Notes under the pieces: generated by a model
Seen by the model: the letters and a program-made list of their open reading frames with translations, nothing else
Databases searched by the model: none
Told to the model about the DNA's origin: nothing
Shown here: one piece after another, positions 36,395 through 45,208 of the stretch
How the letters are laid out: each line of letters starts with the position of its first letter
Numbering within the stretch: position 1 is the stretch's first letter
Position numbers and translations under genes: made by a program
Assembly: GCA_903876445.1 (NCBI GenBank)
Contig: CAIQZX010000011.1
Coordinates: forward strand, 1,543 to 65,542
Origin: an uncultured Pseudomonadota bacterium
GTDB taxonomy: Bacteria; Pseudomonadota; Gammaproteobacteria; Methylococcales; Methylomonadaceae
DNA: 64,000 bases
Direction: 5' to 3'

Positions 36395-37264
36395 TTAAAA
36401 GTGTTTTTGCTTTAATTGTTCAATTTTTGAATTCGCTTGAACATAATTTTGAACCGCTAAATCAAATTTTTGCGCGACGCTGCTAAAGGATTGCGACGTA
36501 ATTTCAAATTGTTTGCTGTAATCGCGCCATTTCAAAAAAGTCGTTTTTTCATCCGCCATTAAATCATCTTCAAGAGAAGCACTGACTTTGCCGTCATTTT
36601 CCAAATTCTTGCGCCATTGTAAAAACGATTCACGAGTGAAAATGTATTTATCCATTGCCGCTTCGTTGATGAATTTTAACGCGCCTTCCGCATTGGCACG
36701 AGCATTCACGGCTGACATGAATTGAATTGGTGCGCTAATGTAATACGCAGGAATGCTGGCATAACTGGCAGGATTTGCGGCGGTATCAAAAGCAGAAGCC
36801 GGCGCACTTCGCATTGTCATTGGACCAACCAGCGGTAAAACTAAATACGCACCTTGTGGAACACCCCAAACAGCAAGTGTTTGATCAAAATCTTCGTCAT
36901 TTTGTTCAAGTCCGAGCTGTTTAGCGACATCAATAAATCCACCTAAACCCACTGTAGAATTCACTGTGAAACGCCCTAAATCTGACGCGCTTTGCGGTAA
37001 TTTGGCTTGTAATAAATCATTTAAAACAACATTGATGCCTTTTAAATTATTAAAAAAATTGAACACGCCTGTTTGTACAAATTGTGGTGTAACAAATTTA
37101 TAACCATTCGCTATCGGTGCTGCAAAATAAGCATCTACATTATTGTTAAAATCATACATCGAACGGTTAAAACTTTCGTAAGGATCATTCGATTTCGTTT
37201 GAGCCGCCACATTCGACACGAATAACGCGCCACAAATAAACGTTGCCAATGTTTTTTTAATCAT
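36395..37264 (-). CDS. mlaA: MlaA/VacJ-family outer-membrane lipoprotein
   Basis: NDPYESFNRSMYDFNNNVD....P.A.GY....P......V.NFFNNL......LND.LQ is the VacJ signature. Confidence 0.85.
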   Translation of the reverse strand: MIKKTLATFICGALFVSNVAAQTKSNDPYESFNRSMYDFNNNVDAYFAAPIANGYKFVTPQFVQTGVFNFFNNLKGINVVLNDLLQAKLPQSASDLGRFTVNSTVGLGGFIDVAKQLGLEQNDEDFDQTLAVWGVPQGAYLVLPLVGPMTMRSAPASAFDTAANPASYASIPAYYISAPIQFMSAVNARANAEGALKFINEAAMDKYIFTRESFLQWRKNLENDGKVSASLEDDLMADEKTTFLKWRDYSKQFEITSQSFSSVAQKFDLAVQNYVQANSKIEQLKQKHF

Positions 37265-37276
37265 TTCTTTGCGTCC

Positions 37277-37888
37277 TCACTGTTTCGCATAATTATCAAT
37301 TTTTTCGTTAATTTTCGTAATTAAAGAGTCAAAACCATCACGTTGTAAAATTGCAGTATATTCTGAGCGTTTCAATGCTAAATCGCTCACGCCATTTGCA
37401 ATAATGTTAATAATACGCCAACTTGCGCCTTTTTCTTTCAGCATATAATCAAATTTAACTGGTTTATCATCCGGAATCGTTAAATGTGAATGAATTACTA
37501 CGCCGCCCATTTTAGTTTCTTCTTCGGAATCAATCTCAAAGGATTCACCACCAAACTCTTTAAAATTATGCGCGTAAGAAGCAATGCTTAATTTACTGAA
37601 TACATCCGTTAATTTTTTTTGCTGTTCTTCAGAAAGTTTTTCCCATTCTTTACCAACAACAATTCTAGCGATTTTGGGCAAATCATGACTGTTCGAAACA
37701 GCCGGCTCGAGTTTATCATAACGTCCGTTATAACCCAGTTTTTTACCCTCTTTCATCACTTGGACTAATTCGGTTTGAAAATTATCAACAATTTGCCGTG
37801 CCGTCGCGACTTCTTCTTGTGCGAAAACGGAGGATGTAAACAAACTACTTAATAAAAAAGTAACGATGGCTAATTTTTTGAACTGCAT
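37277..37888 (-). CDS. hpnM: MlaC/Ttg2D-family periplasmic lipid-binding protein (HpnM-like)
   Basis: It has a signal peptide and Ttg2D-like blocks (D...IARIVVGKEW..LS.EQQ..L...F). It lies between mlaA and hpnH, and HpnM of hopanoid clusters belongs to this family. The start at MQFKK (37888) has the better AGAGG spacing. Confidence 0.6.
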   Translation of the reverse strand: MQFKKLAIVTFLLSSLFTSSVFAQEEVATARQIVDNFQTELVQVMKEGKKLGYNGRYDKLEPAVSNSHDLPKIARIVVGKEWEKLSEEQQKKLTDVFSKLSIASYAHNFKEFGGESFEIDSEEETKMGGVVIHSHLTIPDDKPVKFDYMLKEKGASWRIINIIANGVSDLALKRSEYTAILQRDGFDSLITKINEKIDNYAKQ

Positions 37889-37953
37889 AATCATGCCTCT
37901 GAATTTTAGTAAATGTGATGAGCGCGAAAAAAACCGCGCCCACTTTTTGAGTT

Positions 37954-39054
37954 TTATTTTGTATGTTCAACCGTTATTGGAATGCCGGCGAACGTTGATG
38001 ACGTATTCGATGTTGGCGCGGCGGTATTGACCATTTTACCGTCTGTTTTTATACCACGAATTGAAGTTAAAAGTGCTTTAATTGGATGTTTCAACATATC
38101 TTCAACCGCCGTCGCTTCATAACCACAATGCGCCATACAACTCGCACATTTTGGATTATTCACGCTGCCATAATTATCCCACGGCGTAGTATCGAGCAAT
38201 TCTTGGAATGTTGCCGCATAACCTTCATCCGCTAATAAATAACACGGTTTTTGCCAACCAAAAACGTTGCGCGTCGGGTTCCCCCAAGGCGTGCAATTAT
38301 AATCTTGATTACCAGCTAAAAAGTCCAAATATAAAGACGAATGATTGAGTTGCCAGCCACGATTTTTTCCTAATTTGAAAATGCCACGAAACAATTCTTT
38401 AACATCAGTGCCTTTAATAAAAACATCTTGTTTTGGTGCGTGTTCGTAACTGAAACCCGGTGCGATTGTAATCCCTTCAACGCCTAATTCTGTCGCGTAA
38501 TCTAAGAATTCAGCCACTTCAGGGGCGGTTTCACCTTGAAAAAGTGTACAGTTAATGGTGACGCGAAATCCTTTACCTAACGCCAATTTAATCGCTTCAA
38601 CAGCGCGGTCAAAAACGCCTTCTTGGCAAACAGACGCATCATGACGCGCTTGCATTCCATCCAAATGAATTGAAAATGTTAAATAAGGTGACGGTGTGTA
38701 ATCGTCAATCCGTTTTTTCAAAAGTAGCGCGTTTGTACACAAATAAACAAACTTTTTGCGTGCAATCAATCCCGCTACAATTTGCGGCATTTCCTTATGA
38801 ATCAATGGCTCACCACCTGGAATTGAAACCATTGGCGCACCGCATTCATCAACGGCTTGCATACATTCTTCAAACGATAAACGTTTATCTAAAATGTCAT
38901 CGGAATAATCAATTTTGCCACAGCCTGCACATTCTAAATTGCATCGGAATAATGGTTCTAACATCAAAACGAGCGGGTATTTTTTCGCACCTTTAAGTTT
39001 TTGTTTAATTAAATAACTACCTACTGCCCATTGTTGACGTAATGGAACGCCCAT
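37954..39054 (-). CDS. hpnH: Adenosyl-hopene transferase HpnH (radical SAM)
   Basis: YPLVLMLEPLFRCNLECAGCGKI is the CxxxCxxC motif. The protein is 366 aa and is typical of HpnH. It is adjacent to and divergent from sqs-shc. Confidence 0.88.
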   Translation of the reverse strand: MGVPLRQQWAVGSYLIKQKLKGAKKYPLVLMLEPLFRCNLECAGCGKIDYSDDILDKRLSFEECMQAVDECGAPMVSIPGGEPLIHKEMPQIVAGLIARKKFVYLCTNALLLKKRIDDYTPSPYLTFSIHLDGMQARHDASVCQEGVFDRAVEAIKLALGKGFRVTINCTLFQGETAPEVAEFLDYATELGVEGITIAPGFSYEHAPKQDVFIKGTDVKELFRGIFKLGKNRGWQLNHSSLYLDFLAGNQDYNCTPWGNPTRNVFGWQKPCYLLADEGYAATFQELLDTTPWDNYGSVNNPKCASCMAHCGYEATAVEDMLKHPIKALLTSIRGIKTDGKMVNTAAPTSNTSSTFAGIPITVEHTK

Positions 39055-39409
39055 AAATTTTCTCCAAAAAATGATAAATAATACCGATGTCGTAATTTAA
39101 CAACAAATAATCTGACTTGAAAAATCAGTATGTTATGAAAAAAGTGTGTGCTTTCATACATTTAACTTCTTTTTGTGTAGAATACCTTTTTTTCAAGTTT
39201 GACTCCAGTTTTTGAAAAACTTTGTCGCATAACAGTTCAATTTATTGAAATAAGCTACTGTTTTTACTGAAAATGAATTTTACAACTCTGTGACTTTCGG
39301 TAATTAACAACAAAACAACATGATTTTGCAAATAGCCAACAAACAGTCTATGATTACGCATATATTATTCCCTCTTTTAACTTACAAACTCGCGATTTCA
39401 AACTTCAAA

Positions 39410-40489
39410 ATGACGAACGAAACTCAAACCGTTTTAGACAATTCAAAAACGTTGCTCGAATTGTCCGATAATCAATTTCAAGCCTTTTTGCTTGACGGTG
39501 TTTCTCGAACTTTCGCATTAACGATTCCACAGCTGCCTAAAGCCTTATTTCCTGCGGTTGCAAATGCTTATTTATTGTGTCGCATTGTTGATACGATTGA
39601 AGATGAAGTATCGCTTTCGCCTGAACAAAAGCATTATTTTTGCACTGAATTTATTCGTGTTGTGAAAACTAGCGAAAGTGCCGAAACATTTGCTTTAAAA
39701 CTTGCACCGTTGCTTTCAGAACAAACAATTCCTGCTGAACATCAGTTAATTCAAGTGATTCCGCGCGTCATTCAAATCACGCATAGTTTTGAACCGATTC
39801 AAGTTAAAGCGTTATCTGAATGTGTTGAAACAATGGCGAAAGGAATGCCAATTTTTCAAGCGCAAAATTTGCATGATGGATTAGAAACGTTGGCGGATAT
39901 GAACCGATATTGTTATTACGTTGCCGGTTGTGTGGGCGAAATGTTAGCGAAATTATTCTGTCATTATTCACCTGAAATCGCGGAACATGAAACCGAGTTG
40001 CTGAAATTGTCGGTTTCATTTGGGCAAGGTTTGCAAATGACGAACATTTTGAAAGATATTTGGGACGACGCGCAACGGGGGGTTTGTTGGTTGCCGCAAG
40101 ATATTTTTACTGAAACAGGTTTTGATTTAAAAAATTTAACACCCGAAACGAATGATGTCGCCTTCAATGAAGGTTTATCGCGTTTGATTAGTGTCGCGCA
40201 GGAACATTTGCACAATGCGTTACGTTATACCTTATTGATTCCCGCACACGAAACAGGGATTCGCAAATTCTGTTTATGGGCGTTGGGCATGGCTATTCTA
40301 ACGCTGCGGAAAATTAAAAGTAATTTGCAATTTAACCGTTCGGAACAAGCTAAAATTACTCGTAATAGCGTAAAAGCCACAATTATCAGCACTAATTTAG
40401 CGGTACGCAGTGACTTTTTACTTAATGTTCTTTTTAACCTTGCTAGTCGTGGTCTAACAACGCCCGATTGGTCTTATTCAAACAAATAA
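39410..40489 (+). CDS. sqs: Squalene synthase (squalene/phytoene synthase family)
   Basis: VSRTFALTIPQLP is present, with the two Asp-rich motifs CRIVDTIEDE and NILKDIWDD. It lies directly upstream of shc. The start is taken at MTNETQ (39410); the ORF-track start at 39320 adds 30 uncharacteristic residues. Confidence 0.8.
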   Translation: MTNETQTVLDNSKTLLELSDNQFQAFLLDGVSRTFALTIPQLPKALFPAVANAYLLCRIVDTIEDEVSLSPEQKHYFCTEFIRVVKTSESAETFALKLAPLLSEQTIPAEHQLIQVIPRVIQITHSFEPIQVKALSECVETMAKGMPIFQAQNLHDGLETLADMNRYCYYVAGCVGEMLAKLFCHYSPEIAEHETELLKLSVSFGQGLQMTNILKDIWDDAQRGVCWLPQDIFTETGFDLKNLTPETNDVAFNEGLSRLISVAQEHLHNALRYTLLIPAHETGIRKFCLWALGMAILTLRKIKSNLQFNRSEQAKITRNSVKATIISTNLAVRSDFLLNVLFNLASRGLTTPDWSYSNK

Positions 40490-40501
40490 TGATTTTTAAG
40501 G

Positions 40502-42478
40502 ATGACTTTCATGTTTAAAGAATCTCAAGATAACACATCGCATTCTCCAGCGAGTTCAGCAACACCTATCCATTCTAAAGCCTACAATTTAGATAATGCC
40601 ATTCAACAAGCACAAGATAAATTATTGAGTTTGCAAAATGCGGAAGGTTATTGGGTTTTTGAATTAGAAGCTGATTGCACCATGCCAGCTGAATACATCA
40701 TGATGATGCACTATATCGGTGACATTGATGACGTATTACAAGCAAAAATGGCGGTGTATTTGCGTTCGCGTCAATCAAACGATGGAAGTTATCCGTTATT
40801 CACAGGTGGAAAAGGCGAAATTAGTTGTAGCGTTAAAGTTTATTATGCGTTGAAAATGGCGGGCGATGATATTAACGCGCCGCACATGATAAAATTGCGG
40901 GAATGGATTTTAGCGCAAGGTGGCGCGGCAAAAGCTAACGTTTTTACGCGCATTGCCTTGGCGACATTTGAACAATTACCGTGGCGCGGTGTCCCGTATA
41001 TTCCGGTTGAAATTATGTTATTTCCAAAATGGTTTCTCTTTCATTTGGATAAAGTTTCATATTGGTCACGCACTGTCATGATTCCGCTGTTTATTATTTG
41101 CACTTTGAAAGCAAAAGCAAAAAATCCGAATAACGTTAGCATTTTGGAATTATTTGTCACACATCCAGATGAAGAACAGCATTATTTTCCTGAACGCACA
41201 ATGCTTAACAAATTCTTTTTAGGTTTAGATAAATTGGGACGCATGACGCGCCCATTGATTCCTAAAAATGCTAATGAATTAGCGATTGAAAAAGCGCGAG
41301 TTTGGATTGTTGAGCGGTTAAATGGTGAAGATGGCTTAGGTGCGATTATGCCGGCAATGGTTGGCGCGTATGAAGCATTACTTTTGTTAGGTTATGATAA
41401 AAATCATGAATCAGTTGTTATTGCCCGCAAAGCGATTGATAAATTATTGGTAATTAACGAAAAAGATGCGTATTGCCAACCCTGTTTATCGCCTGTTTGG
41501 GATACTGGATTGAGTGCGTTAGCATTGGAAGAAATTCAAAAATCTCACATTCAACCAAAAATCGAAAACAGTTTAAATCGCGCTTACGATTGGCTGAAAA
41601 CAAAACAATTACACGACGAACCCGGTGATTGGCGGATTTCACGTCCAAATGCAAAAGGAGGTGGCTGGGCATTCCAGTTTAACAATCCGCATTATCCAGA
41701 CGTTGACGACACGGCAGTCGTTGCATTTGCAATGGCAGAATCTCAAAATTCAAAATCACATGACGATTCAATTCATTTAGCCACGCGCTGGATTATGGAA
41801 ATGCAATCGAAAAATGGTGGTTATGGCGCATTTGATGTTGATAATACTTACTATTATTTAAACGAAATTCCATTTGCTGATCATGGCGCATTACTCGACC
41901 CGCCGACTTCGGACGTGAGCGCACGTTGTGCGATGTTAATGGCAAAAGTCGCGCAGAATCATCCTGAATACGCCGAACCATTAGAACGCACAATTGCCTA
42001 TTTACGCACAGAACAAGAAGCCGATGGCTCATGGTTTGGGCGTTGGGGAACAAATTATATTTATGGAACTTGGTCAGTTTTAATCGCATTAGAACAAACA
42101 AATTTACCAAAAACCGACCCTTTATTCACCAAAGCAGCGGCATGGTTAAAAAGCGTACAACGCAGTGATGGCGGTTGGGGTGAAGATAATTTCAGCTATC
42201 ATGATACGAATTTTAGCGGCAAATATCATTTCAGCACCGCATTCCAAACAGCATGGGCAGTATTGGCATTATGTGCGGCGGGCGAAGGTAAAAGCCCTCA
42301 AGTTAAAGCGGGAATTGATTTCATTTTACGCACGCAACAAGCGGATGGCGTATGGAATGACAAATGTTTCACCGCGCCAGGGTTTCCAAAAGTGTTCTAT
42401 TTGAAATATCATGGTTACGATAAATTTTTTCCTTTGTGGGCATTGGCTCGCTATCGTAACGAATTGGATAAAAAGTGA
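40502..42478 (+). CDS. shc: Squalene-hopene cyclase
   Basis: 658 aa with multiple QW repeats (Q..DGSW/GGW), the catalytic DVDDTA motif (PDVDDTAVV) and GWGE near the C-terminus. Confidence 0.96.
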   Translation: MTFMFKESQDNTSHSPASSATPIHSKAYNLDNAIQQAQDKLLSLQNAEGYWVFELEADCTMPAEYIMMMHYIGDIDDVLQAKMAVYLRSRQSNDGSYPLFTGGKGEISCSVKVYYALKMAGDDINAPHMIKLREWILAQGGAAKANVFTRIALATFEQLPWRGVPYIPVEIMLFPKWFLFHLDKVSYWSRTVMIPLFIICTLKAKAKNPNNVSILELFVTHPDEEQHYFPERTMLNKFFLGLDKLGRMTRPLIPKNANELAIEKARVWIVERLNGEDGLGAIMPAMVGAYEALLLLGYDKNHESVVIARKAIDKLLVINEKDAYCQPCLSPVWDTGLSALALEEIQKSHIQPKIENSLNRAYDWLKTKQLHDEPGDWRISRPNAKGGGWAFQFNNPHYPDVDDTAVVAFAMAESQNSKSHDDSIHLATRWIMEMQSKNGGYGAFDVDNTYYYLNEIPFADHGALLDPPTSDVSARCAMLMAKVAQNHPEYAEPLERTIAYLRTEQEADGSWFGRWGTNYIYGTWSVLIALEQTNLPKTDPLFTKAAAWLKSVQRSDGGWGEDNFSYHDTNFSGKYHFSTAFQTAWAVLALCAAGEGKSPQVKAGIDFILRTQQADGVWNDKCFTAPGFPKVFYLKYHGYDKFFPLWALARYRNELDKK

Positions 42479-43209
42479 TTACTGGAATTATTGTTGCCCT
42501 TTCTGAAGAATTAAGTACCTTAAAAACCTTGCCAAATGGACTGTGGGAACGCGGTATGCGGCGCGGGAAATTTATTTTCATCACCGATGATATTATTCTA
42601 ATGTATTCCGGTGCGGGTGCAGAAAATGCCCGTAAAGCTGCAGAATTTTTAGTTTCAAAAGGTGTAACGCAATTGATAAGCTGGGGTTGTGCAGCAGCAT
42701 TAAGCCCAGATTTAAAAATGGGTGATTTAGTTCTAGCCGACAGTTTATTAAACAGCGATGGCTTAGAAATGCCGGTTAATGCGGCATGGCATCAACACGC
42801 AAAAACTATTCTAGGTTCTCAAGTAGCCATTTATAAAGGCGCGTTAATCGCCAGCGATAAAATAATTTCGACAGCAAAAGAAAAACAAGCTCTTCATGAA
42901 AAAACCGGAGCAATTGCATTAGATATGGAAAGCATTGCAATTGCTGAAATCGCCCAGCATTACGCGCTGCCATTTTTAGCGATTCGCGCAATTGCCGATC
43001 CTGCGTCAATGGATTTGCCACTTGCCATTTCTAAATCATTAAATGAACACGGCGAAGTTGACATTCCAAAAATTATTGCTTCTCTCGTTTTCAATCCCAA
43101 GGAAATACCGCATTTAATTCAACTTGCACAGTATTTTCAGCTCGCTAAAAATACACTTTCTAATGTTGCCAAACAAATCCCACTTCTCAAAACGTATGAA
43201 AATCCGTAA
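42475..43209 (+). CDS. hpnG: Hopanoid-associated nucleosidase/phosphorylase HpnG (PNP/UDP family)
   Basis: MTA/SAH-nucleosidase-like blocks are present (GAGAENA, ALDMES, AIRAIAD). Its GTG start overlaps the shc stop (GTGA). Confidence 0.75.
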   Translation: MITGIIVALSEELSTLKTLPNGLWERGMRRGKFIFITDDIILMYSGAGAENARKAAEFLVSKGVTQLISWGCAAALSPDLKMGDLVLADSLLNSDGLEMPVNAAWHQHAKTILGSQVAIYKGALIASDKIISTAKEKQALHEKTGAIALDMESIAIAEIAQHYALPFLAIRAIADPASMDLPLAISKSLNEHGEVDIPKIIASLVFNPKEIPHLIQLAQYFQLAKNTLSNVAKQIPLLKTYENP

Positions 43210-43223
43210 TTTTGATATTTATT

Positions 43224-43240
43224 AACGATGAGCATCGTTT
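43224..43240 (+). terminator. Short hairpin after hpnG
   Basis: aacgatg-ag-catcgtt (effectively a 5-bp stem with a 6-nt loop) is followed by ttta. It is weak. Confidence 0.3.
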
Positions 43241-43338
43241 TATCTACAATCTACCTGAAAAATCTCATCATTTTTGCGCTAAAATAGTTGTTAACAGCCA
43301 CGATAAAAAATGGCGCACAATTTAGGTAACTTTTAAAC

Positions 43339-43935
43339 GTGAATTTAAAATTAACAAACACTTTGAAAACGCGATTGCCCACAGAAAACGGCGATTTTAT
43401 TCTGCATTATTATCAAACAAATCAAGATAGCAAAGAACATTTGGCTTTAGTCAAAGGTTGTGTCGCTGAACAAGAAAACGTTCCAGTGCGCGTGCATTCG
43501 GAATGTTTTACCGGCGATGTTTTTGGTTCACGCCGTTGTGATTGTGGCGAACAGTTGACGCTAGCAATGCAAGTTATTGAACGAGAAGGTTGTGGCGTTG
43601 TGATTTATTTACGTCAAGAAGGACGGGGAATTGGATTATTTGATAAGTTACAAGCCTATAATTTACAAGATAAAGGACTTGATACTGTTGATGCTAATTT
43701 AGCATTGGGGCATTTAGCTGATGAACGTGAATATGACGTAGCCGCTGCAATTTTAAATGACTTAAAAATTCGTTCAATTAAATTGCTTACCAATAATCCA
43801 GCAAAAATTTCTGCACTTGATGCTTTAGGTATTAACGTTACGGCGCGTATGCCGCTAGAAATTATGGCAAATAATGACAACGCCGATTATTTGAAAACCA
43901 AAGTAACTAAAATGGCGCATTTATTGAGCCAATAA
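43339..43935 (+). CDS. ribA: GTP cyclohydrolase II
   Basis: VRVHSECFTGDVFGSRRCDCGEQL and YLRQEGRGIGL are RibA signatures. The start is GTG. Confidence 0.9.
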   Translation: MNLKLTNTLKTRLPTENGDFILHYYQTNQDSKEHLALVKGCVAEQENVPVRVHSECFTGDVFGSRRCDCGEQLTLAMQVIEREGCGVVIYLRQEGRGIGLFDKLQAYNLQDKGLDTVDANLALGHLADEREYDVAAAILNDLKIRSIKLLTNNPAKISALDALGINVTARMPLEIMANNDNADYLKTKVTKMAHLLSQ

Positions 43936-43995
43936 ATGGAACAGCAGAATTATTGGCAATCGTTCACAAAATTTAAAACCTAGAAGAGAAAAATT

Positions 43996-44340
43996 ATGCG
44001 CCATTTGATTTTATTGAGTTTATTTCTATTTTCATTTACCGCAAGTGCCGTTGAAAGCGATGCACCACCACGTTTAGAACAAATACCTGATGTTCCAGAA
44101 GCACCAAAACAAGTGAAAAGCGGCGAAACATTAGAACCCGACATTACAATCGTTCGAAAAGGAAAAAAGACCTTTCAGGAATATCGGCGCAACGGACGTT
44201 TGTATATGGTGAAAGTCGTACCAGATGTTGGTTTACCGTATTATTTACGCGATACAGATGGCGATGGAAAAATGGACGTAAGAACGAATGAACTCGACCG
44301 TGGTGCAGACGTACAAATGTGGAATTTACTGGAATGGTAA
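43996..44340 (+). CDS. DUF2782 family secreted protein
   Basis: It has a signal peptide, followed by EPDITIVRKGKKTFQEYRRNGRLYMVKVVPDVGLPYYLRDTDGDG. This matches the DUF2782 pattern as I recall it. Confidence 0.65.
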   Translation: MRHLILLSLFLFSFTASAVESDAPPRLEQIPDVPEAPKQVKSGETLEPDITIVRKGKKTFQEYRRNGRLYMVKVVPDVGLPYYLRDTDGDGKMDVRTNELDRGADVQMWNLLEW

Positions 44341-44341
44341 G

Positions 44342-45208
44342 TTAATTTTTGAAAGTATAATTTTGTAAACTAAGCGACTTTAGCCATTTTTCACCGTCTT
44401 TCTCTTTAAGCATGGCAATTGTCGCAGCACTTCCGGCAACAACACATAAATCTGCCACAACACTCACAGCGGCTAATTTTTTTACGGGATAACCTGTTTT
44501 CGGATTCAAAATATGCCCATAACGCACACCATCAATTATCATACAACGCTCGTAATCGCCACTGCTTGCTAATGCACCCGTTTTTAGTCCTATGGTTTTC
44601 CAGACCTTTGTTTTGTCACGCGGATGTTGAATTCCAACGCGCCAAGGTTTGCCATCCGGGTGTGCGCCAATAACTTTTATATCGCCCCCTAAATTTACAA
44701 TTCCATGTAATACACCGGCATTTAAGCACAGTGTCGCTGCTCTATCTACCGCATATTCTTTGACGATTCCGCCAAAATCAATTTCCATTTCAGGTTGTGA
44801 AAATGTCAGAATAGAATTTGCAAGCTGCAATTTTTGCCAACCAATTTTTGTTAATAAAGACTGAATAACTTTATCATCAGGCAAACTGTTTTTATCGAAC
44901 TGCCATGCTTGTCGTAAAATTCCAGATGTAATATCAAACAAACCATCGCTTAATTCATAACAGGTTTTCGCGTAATTTAATAACCCTTCGGTTTCTGCAT
45001 CGACTAGAATCGAACGACCTAACCCAGCAACTTGATTGATTTGAGAAAGAAAACTCTCCGCTCGATAACGCGAGTATTTATGTTCTAAACGCCGAATATC
45101 GGCAATGATTTTTTGAGCGATTTTTTGAGCAACGAACTCGTTTTCCGTATAAATTTGTAATTCACACGGACTTCCCATTGCTGAGAAAGTGAAATGTTCA
45201 AAACGCAT
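44342..45208 (-). CDS. apbE: FAD:protein FMN transferase ApbE
   Basis: AMGSPCELQIY, D.GGI.KEYAVDR and SSGDYER are ApbE family blocks. The gene overlaps the upstream barrel gene by 11 nt. Confidence 0.85.
   Translation of the reverse strand: MRFEHFTFSAMGSPCELQIYTENEFVAQKIAQKIIADIRRLEHKYSRYRAESFLSQINQVAGLGRSILVDAETEGLLNYAKTCYELSDGLFDITSGILRQAWQFDKNSLPDDKVIQSLLTKIGWQKLQLANSILTFSQPEMEIDFGGIVKEYAVDRAATLCLNAGVLHGIVNLGGDIKVIGAHPDGKPWRVGIQHPRDKTKVWKTIGLKTGALASSGDYERCMIIDGVRYGHILNPKTGYPVKKLAAVSVVADLCVVAGSAATIAMLKEKDGEKWLKSLSLQNYTFKN

Noticed and set aside
43210-43338. Possible FMN (RFN) riboswitch upstream of ribA.
   Set aside because: The 129-nt leader is AT-rich. It lacks the conserved GC-rich RFN core helices I would expect, such as the AGGGCGGGGCGAAATTCCCCACCGGCGGTA-type core block. 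Only the small hpnG hairpin is visible.
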